Shown: positions 9,492 through 19,296 of the stretch, piece after piece
How positions within the stretch are numbered: the first letter of the stretch is position 1
Layout: each line of letters begins with the position of its first letter
Origin: Promethearchaeota archaeon
GTDB taxonomy: Archaea > Asgardarchaeota > Lokiarchaeia > Sigyniarchaeales > SOKP01
Reading direction: 5' to 3'
Assembly: GCA_019058365.1 (NCBI GenBank)
Contig: JAHPZE010000005.1
Span: forward strand, 185,751 to 249,750
Length of the DNA: 64,000 bases
Program-made: the position numbers and the translations under genes
Notes under the pieces: model-generated
What the model saw: only the letters and a program-made list of their open reading frames with translations
What the model was told of the DNA's origin: nothing
The model's database searches: none

Positions 9492-10259
9492 TTAAGGTTC
9501 GATCATTAATAGTGTATTATAATCAATTTCATTTAGTTTTTTTGCTAATTTATATAATTCTTGCCTAATTGAAGTTAAATCTAATTCATCTGTGCAAATC
9601 TCCTGAAATTTTTTAAAGATTTTAAATAAAAGTCCATACAATAAATCCAGATTATTATTATGATAAAAAGCTCTCAGTAAATCCCATTTACTAAATATAA
9701 AAAATCGTTCAGCAATGTATAAATTATTTCTTAAATATTTTGATATATTTTCTAAAAATTCTGGACTTTTAAAAATTTCTCTTTTTACACTCAAACCTAT
9801 AGCCCATTGTTCAATATATTTTTGTGGTACTTCATCAAAATTTTTATTCACAAACCAGTCAGCATAAAACTCTTTGAATATTCCTAAAAGAGTATAACAA
9901 AGCTTTTGAATAGAATCATTAGGAAAATTGGTTTTATCAAAAATATTATCTATTCTTAGGAGTTGCGAATGTCCAAACTCGTGTCTAGCAAAATAATGAA
10001 AAATATCTTTTAGATCTTCGTGTGAATAATTAGAATCATCAAAAATTTCTTTCTTTAATATATTTTCGTTATATTTAATCTCGAAATAATTATTTTCAGA
10101 CATACATAAAAAAAATTCTTCATATAATGGATACGTAATTAATTTTCCTTTTTCATCATTTTTTAATATTTTATAGGTTTTTTTAGGAGAAAATTTCTTA
10201 TTTAAATGCTCTATTTCTAATTTAAAATTGTTTATCATTTCATCTAAAGAGGATTCCAT
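9492..10259 (-). CDS. Zincin-like metallopeptidase-domain protein
   Basis: HEFGH (HExxH) plus downstream EFYAD as candidate third ligand. Confidence 0.65.
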   Translation of the reverse strand: MESSLDEMINNFKLEIEHLNKKFSPKKTYKILKNDEKGKLITYPLYEEFFLCMSENNYFEIKYNENILKKEIFDDSNYSHEDLKDIFHYFARHEFGHSQLLRIDNIFDKTNFPNDSIQKLCYTLLGIFKEFYADWFVNKNFDEVPQKYIEQWAIGLSVKREIFKSPEFLENISKYLRNNLYIAERFFIFSKWDLLRAFYHNNNLDLLYGLLFKIFKKFQEICTDELDLTSIRQELYKLAKKLNEIDYNTLLMIEP

Positions 10260-10791
10260 TTTAATCTTTTAATCTTTTTTAAATTTTAAAATTAACTATT
10301 TAGATTCATTATATTTAACATTGTTCTGAATCTTTCTGTCTTAAAGTCTTTTTTATCTATTATCTCCCTCCTCTCTGCTGTTCCTTCTAAATAATTAGCT
10401 GTATTTAATATTTAAAAAATATCCCGTTTTAGGTTATTTTAGGTATGGAAAAATTTTAATTAATAAGAAATTACATAAAATTAAAAAAAATATAATTTTG
10501 GTATATTCTCTTAATTTTGATACCCTATTTACAACCTATTAAATCTATATACCATGATATATTAGTCTTATACCTCTATTAACTTAAATTTAGATTAAAG
10601 CAATTTAATTTACTTTTTTTTCTTTTTTTTCCTTCTAAATATTCTATTTTAAGATTTGATTCCAATATTATGTTGGAGTCTTCTTTTTCTCCTTATAGAT
10701 TCATGGAAAACATGAAATTTATAAAGGAAATAAAAAATGATCAAATTACCCTTAAATAAAATAAAAATAATAGAAAAAGAGTGATGAAAAA

Positions 10792-11179
10792 ATGCCTTAT
10801 GATAGTGATGGTTTTCCTGCTTCAGGAAATACCTATTTTGAAATTTCTAAAGATGTCTATTTTAAGATTTTAAAGGTCTTAAAAAAGATTACGAAAAGGA
10901 AATAGAAGCAATATTGAAACCAACGAAGACTATAACCTATATAGAACCCTTAACAAAACAGGATATTCTTGGGATTGTATCCCTTTTTGGTTGGAAAAGA
11001 ATTTCCCTAATGTTAATGGAGAAAAATTTGAAGATTTAAGAGCTTCTTTTAAGATATTTGTAGAAGGTTCTAAAAACAATACCAAACTTAAGAAATATTT
11101 AAATGAAGAAGGGATTCATGGCAACGCAGTTAACTTAAAAAGAAAGAAAATTGAAACTACAACAATTACTCATAACTAA
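10792..11179 (+). pseudogene. Frameshifted hypothetical gene (~128 aa if repaired)
   Basis: The MPYDSDGFPASG...KKITK frame joins the frame of ORF 10991..11179 (GNRSNIETNEDY...WLEKNFP) if one A is removed near 10895. Confidence 0.5.
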
Positions 11180-11417
11180 GAAAATAATGAATTTCCTCTT
11201 AATGAAATGTCTTAATCTTAAATTGAAATAAAAGAATAATCAATTCATTTATTCTTTACTTTTTTTATTTAATAATTAGAATCATTAAGTTGAAAATTAA
11301 AACAATTTTTTTATTTGTCTGTGTAATTTGTTAATGATTTCTCTAGTCAAATTATTTGGGTATTAAAATAATAGACTAACAATATATTTATTATTCTAAC
11401 GTGTCTATAATTTTAAT

Positions 11418-12071
11418 ATGTCAAGATTCGATATTTCTGAATTAAAAATTTCTGCTTATTGTCCTCATTGTAATCAATATACATTAATTACAAGAGTAGA
11501 GAATAATGTTCAATGGGAAATAAGACAAAATTGTGGTATTATAGCGTTGTGTGTCTATAAAATAAGAAATATTGAACATTATTGGTGGATAGGAGAATGC
11601 CATAATTGTAATGGAGTAGTTTTAGTTCTAAATCAAGGTATTGAGATTTATCCAAGACCAAAACCAGAAGAAAGTGATAAAAGGATTCCAAGAAACGTTA
11701 AAGAAGACTTTGATGAAGCGAAAATGTGTTTTAGTGTTAATTGCTATCGCGCTAGTGCTGCGATATCTCGAAGAGCATTAGAGACTTGCTGTATTGATAA
11801 AGGAGCCGATAAAAACAAAAACTTACAAGGAATGATAGAAGATTTATTCAATTTAGGCATAATTACGAAAGAAGTAAAGGAATGGGCAGATACAGTTCGA
11901 TGGATTGGAAATGACGCAGTTCATGTAAATGCTAATAATGTAGTAAGAGAAGATGCTGAAGACATATTGGATTTAGCTAAACAGATATTTCATATTGTTT
12001 ATATTGCTCCTGCTATAGCTAAATCAAGACAACAAAAAAGAAAACAAAGTAAATCAGGAAAAACACCCTAA
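11418..12071 (+). CDS. DUF4145 (HEPN-like) protein with N-terminal Zn-ribbon
   Basis: CPHC...CHNC, then EAKMCF...ASAAISRRALE and RWIGNDAVH, a HEPN-type R...NxxxH motif. Confidence 0.85.
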   Translation: MSRFDISELKISAYCPHCNQYTLITRVENNVQWEIRQNCGIIALCVYKIRNIEHYWWIGECHNCNGVVLVLNQGIEIYPRPKPEESDKRIPRNVKEDFDEAKMCFSVNCYRASAAISRRALETCCIDKGADKNKNLQGMIEDLFNLGIITKEVKEWADTVRWIGNDAVHVNANNVVREDAEDILDLAKQIFHIVYIAPAIAKSRQQKRKQSKSGKTP

Positions 12072-12834
12072 CAGCCATAGAATGGCTTAGCAACCTTATT
12101 AATTAATCATTAACTTATATCAATACAATAATGAATTTTTGAGTAAATATTAAATTAAAAAAAAATAATATAGAAATAGTGGAGGAATACAATTTAGGCG
12201 GTGCTTAATCACGAAGCCATCTGTCTAAATTTATTCTTCCCAATTCTATATTTGTTTTTAGTTCTTTTCTAGTTTCCCGACTAATTAATATTACAATCTT
12301 TTGTCGGGAAGAGTCCGTGTATGATATTTTTATGTCTATCATAACAAGATTTGGATATTTCACATTATTTAAAATAAAAATTATTAACCTGTTAAATAAC
12401 TTAAATACTTGGATAAACATTTATCATTTTTTCATCAAATAATTAAAATATTTTTAGGTAAAATTCTATCCATTTTTGTATGTATCCCACACACCTCCTA
12501 TTCGTAGCATATATTTGAAGGTAGTCTCATATTATTTTTTTCATGTAAGTCCGCAATGGTTTGGTTAAAAGGGTACTACACATATGTCCATTAATGTGGG
12601 ATTTCACACATTTTCAAATATTCATGAATTATTCATTATAATTGAAGGAATCTCATATACTTTAACCAGCTTCCAAGAAAATATTGTGAGATCTGTATAA
12701 ATTATGTATAGAGAGTTATTATGTTCTTATAGTTAGTTGTTAAAAGAAAGCCATTAAGTAATCTTACCCCAATACCTATTTTCAACACCCTCTTTATGAA
12801 TTAAGTGTAAAAATAATAATCTCTGAATACTTTC

Positions 12835-13794
12835 TTAGTTAAGAGTTATTATTCTATTAGGTTTACACACTATCTTATCTCCATCATTGAATGGATCAAT
12901 TTCTTTAATTAAAATCTTCTGATTCCAAGTTGGATTAAGAAACACAAAGAAATATTTACATTTATTTTTAATGGCTTCTTCATATTCAAATCTCAAAGAA
13001 TTTGAACCATTTTCTTTTGATTGATAAAATGTTAATGATGCTTCACGTGAAAATCGTAATTTTAAGGAATAATTCTTGTTATTCCATATTATATCTGAAA
13101 CATGTTCATTATGAGCAACTATCTCATGTAGAAATTCTTTTGGAATTCCTAATTTTAAAGCATACCAATCTTCAAATAAATCGCATAACCTATACTTTTC
13201 ATGTCTATGATTTCTCATTAATTTAGCATGTTTATCTATAAAAGATTATGTAATATCAACATTTTCATCATCTATCTGCTGGTATGTTTTATCGAAACAT
13301 AATCCCTCTGCTATTCTTGCTATTCTATCATCTTTAATTGACTTTCTCACATAAGCAGGAAAAGTTAATTCTTTCCTGTCGTACTCCTTTTTATTTTCCT
13401 CTATTAGAAATAGTAAAAATCCTAATTGATAAGTTATAAGATTTCCTTGTTCTAAGGCTTCTTCTTAATGAATAATAATTTCATTAATCTCTTTAAATTT
13501 GGATTTATGAATACTTTTTATCTCCTTTTTAACGTATTCAATTATTTCTTTTTGTAATTCAACTATGTCTTTATTAAATATATCGTCTGCTATTACCTCT
13601 GAATGACCTCTTATGTTCCAATAATCATTTCTTAATCTTGCCTCATTAAAACAATGTTTTTCTTTTTTGTCGATTGCTTTATCATCTTCTTTGGCAATTT
13701 TTATTTGTTCTTCTATCTCATCACTAGGACGTCCTAAAATCCTGTAATATTCTTCATACCATTTATCTGGTTTAATATTTGATGAATTCAACAT
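12835..13794 (-). pseudogene. 320-codon gene broken by two in-frame TAA codons (possible HTH + PD-(D/E)XK-like domain)
   Basis: ORFs 13465..13794 and 12835..13218 share a frame, and the gap between them is open except for TAA at 13465-13467 and 13246-13248. Confidence 0.7.
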
Positions 13795-13863
13795 TATTAT
13801 TTATTTATTTTTTAATTTCTTTATAATATGATCAATATATTTTTTACAAAATTTGCTATTCTT

Positions 13864-14305
13864 TTAATTCAAATACTCATTAAATCTTTCCAAACTCTCT
13901 ATTAAATCCTTTTTACTTTCTAACTTTACATATTTCTTTTCTATCATTTGCCCTCTTGCGTCTACAACAATTTTTGTAAATATGAAAGTAACTATTTTTA
14001 TGATTAAATAGCTTAAAACTAATGTATAGGTTGTATCTTTACCAAAAATTTTTTCTTGGAGAATAACTACCAATCCAATTGAAAATGTTATTGAAATAAT
14101 TAATGTAGAAAATAAAAATCTAATTCCAAATTTGTTTATTCCAATAGAGTTTAGTTCCCAAATAGTCTTTGGTGCTGAATTCTTATATATATACCTCTTA
14201 ATATAAGATATGCGAAAAATCGGCTAATTATGCTGATTATAACAGAAACTAAGAATATTGCTATTATAACAATAAAGAAATTCAAAATATGATGGGTTTT
14301 TACTA
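13864..14305 (-). pseudogene. Three-TM membrane protein gene frameshifted at a (TA)5 run
   Basis: The upstream hydrophobic frame ILNFFIVIIAIFLVSVIISII joins YKNSAPK...LVVILQE if one TA is removed at 14184-14193. Confidence 0.55.
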
Positions 14306-14503
14306 TTACTTTTTTTCTTTTTTGCAATTTTTCAACTCTTCCTGAATTATTTTTTCAAATTTATCTGTATTTTTCATAAAATAATTTAACAATTTTCTCA
14401 ATATTTCTGAACGGGATGATTTAAGTTCATATTTCTTATCATTAATGAATTTAATCTGCTCATCATATAAATGAAAAGATGTACGCTCTGTTATTTTAAT
14501 CAT
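14306..14503 (-). CDS. Ribbon-helix-helix (CopG-like) regulator
   Basis: RTSFHLYDEQIKFI...SRSEILRKLL pattern. Confidence 0.75.
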   Translation of the reverse strand: MIKITERTSFHLYDEQIKFINDKKYELKSSRSEILRKLLNYFMKNTDKFEKIIQEELKNCKKEKK

Positions 14504-14843
14504 ATCCTCTATTTATTTATTTTTTTATTTTCCTATTATTTTATTAATTTTATAATCGAAAAAGGTTATATTTAAATGGAATTATTTAATCAAAGCTATA
14601 TATAGATTAGGAAGATTAAATTCATGAAATATATATCTTTCATAAATAATCTCTATTCTAAGATTTCTATAGTTATTTTAGCTTTCTTATTTTTCACTAA
14701 TTCATATTCTCTCGTAATTTTGATAGGAAAACACAAATAAATCATATTTTATATATGGTTTAAAATTCAATCTATCAGAATAAGGATAATTTTATAACAA
14801 TGTAAATGAAATATTAATTATAAAAGAAAAAAATCTGTCTTAA

Positions 14844-17651
14844 ATGTATAAATCATTCTGTCCATTTCCAACTGATAATTCTAAAGTCCTTATCGGAGAT
14901 TCTGATGGTAAATTGTATATTGGTAAATTAAAAGATTTTTCAACAAAAAACTTAACAGATCAAGAATTTTGGGAATGTTTAGTGGAACTAGAATCACCTG
15001 AGTTGATTCAACTTGATTATGTTAGTTCATCAATTCGAAATTTAATCAAAATAAGCAATCATGAAATTGTTGGACATTCTTATATGGGAGATGTATTTCT
15101 ATTTGATTGTCTTAACTATGAATTTTACCAGATAAGGAAGGGTTATGCTAGTTCAAGAAGCAATATGTATCAGATAGCGTCTGTTGATTCTAACCAATTT
15201 GTTACTTGTGGAAATTATGGAAGGTTTTGGTTTTTTAACAGAAGAAGTGATGGATCTTGGGAAAGTACTTCTGTTAACTTTTCATCTCAACACGCTCATT
15301 TTGCTCTTGAAGTATACAATAAGGAATTAAAATCCTATATCATAAACAATTATGTAGGTTCTACAAACCTTATGGATAATTCAGGTTCTGTTATTAAAAA
15401 TCTAGGAACATTCGATAGCAATCTACAAAATTTAATAATTCAAGAAGATGTAATTGTTGCTGTTGATTATTTTGGTAATGCTCATTTATATTCAAAAAGT
15501 ACATCAGGTGAGTTTATTTATAGAAAAATCCAGACTATTGATTGTGATTCAAAAACAGGAATTTATCCCCATATTGTTTTCATAAATGGCTTTTTTTTTG
15601 CAGCGTTTCCAAATTTTTTATGGAAATTTGACCCAGCATTAACTAGTATTCAAAAAATGGATATTTTTTGCCAAGACATTTGTGTTATTAATAATGAAGC
15701 TGTAATACTTACAAAAAATAGTATTATTTTAGTAAATTCAGATAAATTCTTTACACCAATAGATTTTATAAATTATGAATATATTACTATCGGTATTATT
15801 GGATATACAGATAGTGGGAAGTCAACATTTTGTTATCGTCTAATTTATAATGAATATAAAGATGACCTTAGTACTACTTCAGGTACATTGACTTGGAATT
15901 TAGATTTAGATGATGATAAAAAAATATTCATTAAAGATATTCCAGGACAGCATGATGAGATTGGATTTTATTTTCCCAAATTAAAAAGATGTGATTTAGT
16001 AGTAGGAATGTGCAAAATTAAGGATTCTATTAAACCGTGGAGAGAAACTATTGAAATGTGTGATACCATAAGAAAGAATTATGGTGTTAAGAACTTTATC
16101 TTTCTTAGATCTAAGAGTGATGATAAAGTAAAAGCACGAGAAGAAGCAATTAAAGAAGAATTACAAAAATATAGATTCAATCCAAAATTATTGTTTGATG
16201 TTAGCGCGAAAGATAATACCGGTATAACTCAAGTTAAAGAAATCTTAAAGACTCCATCTTTCTGGGAAAATAGCAAGATTTCGACTGAAAATAAAATAAA
16301 GACAAAATTAATGTTAAAAATTGGTGAAGTGAGAGCTTCAAAACAAAAAATGATTAAACTTGAACATCTTAAAGTTCCAAATTATGAAGGTATCAATCCT
16401 AAATTATTAGAGAAAATAATTATTAAATTAGCTGAAGAAGATCAAATTTATTATATTACAACTCAAAAGCAAATACTACTTGATACAGAGGAAATGGGAG
16501 AAGTTGAATCATATATTTTAAATTTATTTTCTGAAGGTGAGGGTTTATATCATGGAAAGAAACTTCAAGCATTATTAAAGGATTATTTTAATCTTATGGA
16601 AAAAAAAGAGTTAGATTACTATTATGATCAATTTATTAAATATTTACTTGATGAAAATAAATTGACCGAAATACTTCCAGATATATATGTATTAAATGAT
16701 AAGTTAAAAACAACTCTTGAGATTCCAGATGAACATTTATGCACTGAAATTAAAATAGAAAAACCCATATTAGTATCAGAAATTATCGATAATTTTGTAT
16801 CTAAAAATATGACTTTGAAAGATTTAAGTCAGAATAAAATATTATTCACAGATTCTTCAGAGAACGGTATGATTTTCATTGATTTACCAGAAATAAGTGA
16901 GTTTAATAAAAATTTTGCATGCAAACACTTAAAAGTCTTTTTTAAATACTCTAATGAAGTAGAAAACGCATTCATATTTTTCTATGAAAACATAAGAAGT
17001 CATATTTTAACAGCATTACCTAGAATTTTGAATTTTGAAAATAAATCTGGAACTCCGATTGAAAATTGCTTAGAACTATTTCATTACGTTAATGAAGCAC
17101 CAAATATTGATTTTAAGACTATTATAAATTATAAGAAAGGTAAAAAAGGAGTTCACACAGCAATTCAGAAGGAGATTATAAAGGATATAATTGCATTAGG
17201 TAATTCCTCATTTTACTTTAATAACATTTCATATTATATAATTGGGGTCAAAGAAAAAGACGGAAAGTTTAAAAATTTACAAAATATTGAGAATCAAGAC
17301 ACCATTTTTCAGCAAATCGCATTTTTATGTAGGAAATATATTCAGGTAGGTTTTAATTTAAACCATATTCAAATTAAGGTTTATGAACTCTATAAAATGA
17401 TTGATAATGGGAAAATAGACTTAGAAATTCCCTTTAGTGAATCGCAAAAAAAAAATACGTGTAAAGATAAATTATTTATAATTCAAATTACTCGAGAAAC
17501 AAATGCGTGTCTAGAACTTAGAGAAGAGCTGAATTGGAGAAATTCTAAAGGTTTTATAAACCATATATCAAAAGGTACTAGTTGGATCAGAATTGGAAGT
17601 CATACATTTGGACTATTGAATGAAGAAAGAAAGACCTTATTATTAAATTAG
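14844..17651 (+). CDS. Multidomain protein: beta-propeller + Roc/Ras-like GTPase + helical/COR-like region + Schlafen AlbA_2 domain
   Basis: WD40-like beta repeats (IGDSDGKLYI, GHSYMGDVFL, CGNYGRFWF, VDYFGNAHL). GTPase motifs GYTDSGKST / DIPGQ / SKSD / SAK. C-terminal EAPNIDFK...KDIIALGNS...YIIGVKE...WIRIGS. Confidence 0.8.
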   Translation: MYKSFCPFPTDNSKVLIGDSDGKLYIGKLKDFSTKNLTDQEFWECLVELESPELIQLDYVSSSIRNLIKISNHEIVGHSYMGDVFLFDCLNYEFYQIRKGYASSRSNMYQIASVDSNQFVTCGNYGRFWFFNRRSDGSWESTSVNFSSQHAHFALEVYNKELKSYIINNYVGSTNLMDNSGSVIKNLGTFDSNLQNLIIQEDVIVAVDYFGNAHLYSKSTSGEFIYRKIQTIDCDSKTGIYPHIVFINGFFFAAFPNFLWKFDPALTSIQKMDIFCQDICVINNEAVILTKNSIILVNSDKFFTPIDFINYEYITIGIIGYTDSGKSTFCYRLIYNEYKDDLSTTSGTLTWNLDLDDDKKIFIKDIPGQHDEIGFYFPKLKRCDLVVGMCKIKDSIKPWRETIEMCDTIRKNYGVKNFIFLRSKSDDKVKAREEAIKEELQKYRFNPKLLFDVSAKDNTGITQVKEILKTPSFWENSKISTENKIKTKLMLKIGEVRASKQKMIKLEHLKVPNYEGINPKLLEKIIIKLAEEDQIYYITTQKQILLDTEEMGEVESYILNLFSEGEGLYHGKKLQALLKDYFNLMEKKELDYYYDQFIKYLLDENKLTEILPDIYVLNDKLKTTLEIPDEHLCTEIKIEKPILVSEIIDNFVSKNMTLKDLSQNKILFTDSSENGMIFIDLPEISEFNKNFACKHLKVFFKYSNEVENAFIFFYENIRSHILTALPRILNFENKSGTPIENCLELFHYVNEAPNIDFKTIINYKKGKKGVHTAIQKEIIKDIIALGNSSFYFNNISYYIIGVKEKDGKFKNLQNIENQDTIFQQIAFLCRKYIQVGFNLNHIQIKVYELYKMIDNGKIDLEIPFSESQKKNTCKDKLFIIQITRETNACLELREELNWRNSKGFINHISKGTSWIRIGSHTFGLLNEERKTLLLN

Positions 17652-17930
17652 CTTAGCAATCATTTTTTTCTTTATTTTAAATCCTATAAATAAATAACCT
17701 ACTTATTATATTTCTATTATTCTCCTCCCCTGTAATGACTCCTCCTAAAGACATTAATGAATAGGAATTTCAAATTTTTGAAAATTAATATCTTTGTTTC
17801 TTCTTAATATCCTTTTAGGTGGAATCTTTTTTAAAATTGGGTGAAATCTTGTATGAAAATGTAAAATTTCTTTTCAAAATTTTTATATTTTTTTTTAACC
17901 TCTTAATTATTCTATAGGATAATAATCAGA

Positions 17931-19220
17931 TTACAGAATATCAGGATTTTTTTTTGGAATATCTTTAATCATCATCTGCTTTACAATTGTGAACAATTGT
18001 GGAGATATCTCAACTAATTGTTCTACTTTTTGCTTTAAATTTTTTATTTCTTTTTTCAATTCTTTATTTTCTTCTTTAATTTCATCAATTTTATATGGTT
18101 GGGCTAATAACTCAATACCAATCTCTTTTTTGTTTCCTTCTTTAATATTATTACCACATTTCCAGCAAAAGAGATTTTCTTGAGCGTTCTCAGTTTTACA
18201 TATTGAACAGAGTTTAGGTTTCTTTTCTTTTCTTTTTTTGCTTTCTTTCTTTTCAATATAATCTGGAGCTAACACTTCCTCTAAATCAGAATCATCTAAA
18301 TGGAAATAGGTCTCAGGCATATTAGAGCCTCCTGTCCATCCCGCGAATTTTCTAATCTGTGGCTCGTTTAATTTAGTTAATGCTAATTCTGTTAATCTAG
18401 AATGCCTAAATAGGTGTGGATAAAGTTTCTTACCGTTCCATTTTTTAGGATGATTCTTAGCTATCTTATTTCCTACATATAGCAAATGTGAATTTAATGT
18501 ATTATCGTTTTTATAATTGAAAAGTTTATCATTTGGTTTAAATTCACTTCTACTAAGATACTCTCGTATATATGGCAAACTCTCGTATAAAGGAATGTCT
18601 CTTTTCTTCGTCATTGATTCTGATATTTTTAAAATTCCATAATCTCCTTTAATTTCTATATCCTTCTTTTTTATATTAAGAACTTCACCTTTTCGTAAAG
18701 CCCCTTCATACATTATCATAAGCAATGTCCTTAATTTAATGCCACAATTTTTTAAAATAAGATCTAATTCATCTCGAGATATTAAATCAACTTTGCTTAT
18801 TTGCTTCCTTTTAATCTTAATTCTATTTGGAATAAAATCAATTAAATCTTCTCTGTTAGAAAATTGTAAGTAAGTCTTAATTCTACTAAGAAAATTCTTT
18901 TGGGTTGATTTTGATAAATTTTTCCACCATCTACAATTAAAAAGCTCTTTAGTTTCTTTCTCTGTTAACAATCTTATATTAGAATGCTTCAATCGAAATT
19001 TATCATCATGTGGTGTTTTGTTGTTTCTTTGTTCATTTGATTCAAATAATTTACTGATTGAAGCTAAATGATTATAAATAGTACTTTCTGAAAGTCCATA
19101 TAGTTGTTTCAAGTAATAGTTTTCAATATTACTTTCTTTAGATGCTAGTAAGTTTCTATAGAATTCAATTTCTTTATATAAAATTAAATTATTCATAATC
19201 ATATTATTTAAATAAAACAT
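17931..19220 (-). CDS. Tyrosine recombinase/integrase with C-terminal Zn-ribbon and coiled coil
   Basis: Catalytic R (GALRKGE), HxxR (HLFRHS), W (AGW) and Y (MPETYFH), followed by CSIC...CWKC. Confidence 0.95.
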   Translation of the reverse strand: MFYLNNMIMNNLILYKEIEFYRNLLASKESNIENYYLKQLYGLSESTIYNHLASISKLFESNEQRNNKTPHDDKFRLKHSNIRLLTEKETKELFNCRWWKNLSKSTQKNFLSRIKTYLQFSNREDLIDFIPNRIKIKRKQISKVDLISRDELDLILKNCGIKLRTLLMIMYEGALRKGEVLNIKKKDIEIKGDYGILKISESMTKKRDIPLYESLPYIREYLSRSEFKPNDKLFNYKNDNTLNSHLLYVGNKIAKNHPKKWNGKKLYPHLFRHSRLTELALTKLNEPQIRKFAGWTGGSNMPETYFHLDDSDLEEVLAPDYIEKKESKKRKEKKPKLCSICKTENAQENLFCWKCGNNIKEGNKKEIGIELLAQPYKIDEIKEENKELKKEIKNLKQKVEQLVEISPQLFTIVKQMMIKDIPKKNPDIL

Positions 19221-19227
19221 AATATTT

Positions 19228-19256
19228 ATAATTATATGAAAATTTCAATAATTATT
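19228..19256. repeat. Right junction (attR-like) of the integrated element
   Basis: ATAATTATATG-AAAATTT-CAATAATTATT, immediately upstream of the integrase ORF. Confidence 0.7.
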
Positions 19257-19296
19257 AATTAATAATAATAAATCTTCTTAATTCTTTCTATTTTAA

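Larger units (their letters stand above)
5289..19238. mobile_element. Integrated, partly decayed tyrosine-recombinase element (~13.95 kb) with defence-like cargo
   Basis: Terminal integrase, matching inverted inner arms at both ends, low coding density, RHH regulators and several pseudogenes. Flanked by core genes (vps22/36 and Nip7-like). Confidence 0.85.

Noticed and set aside
12205-12830. Possible genes in the 12.2-12.8 kb part of the element
   Set aside because: Fragmentary frames with many stops and no recognisable motif. They cannot be reconstructed by eye.
12835-13794. Stop-codon reassignment (TAA read-through) in the mobile element
   Set aside because: TAA ends intact element genes such as the Ntn hydrolase and integrase, and neighbouring genes have frameshifts, so decay is the simpler explanation.
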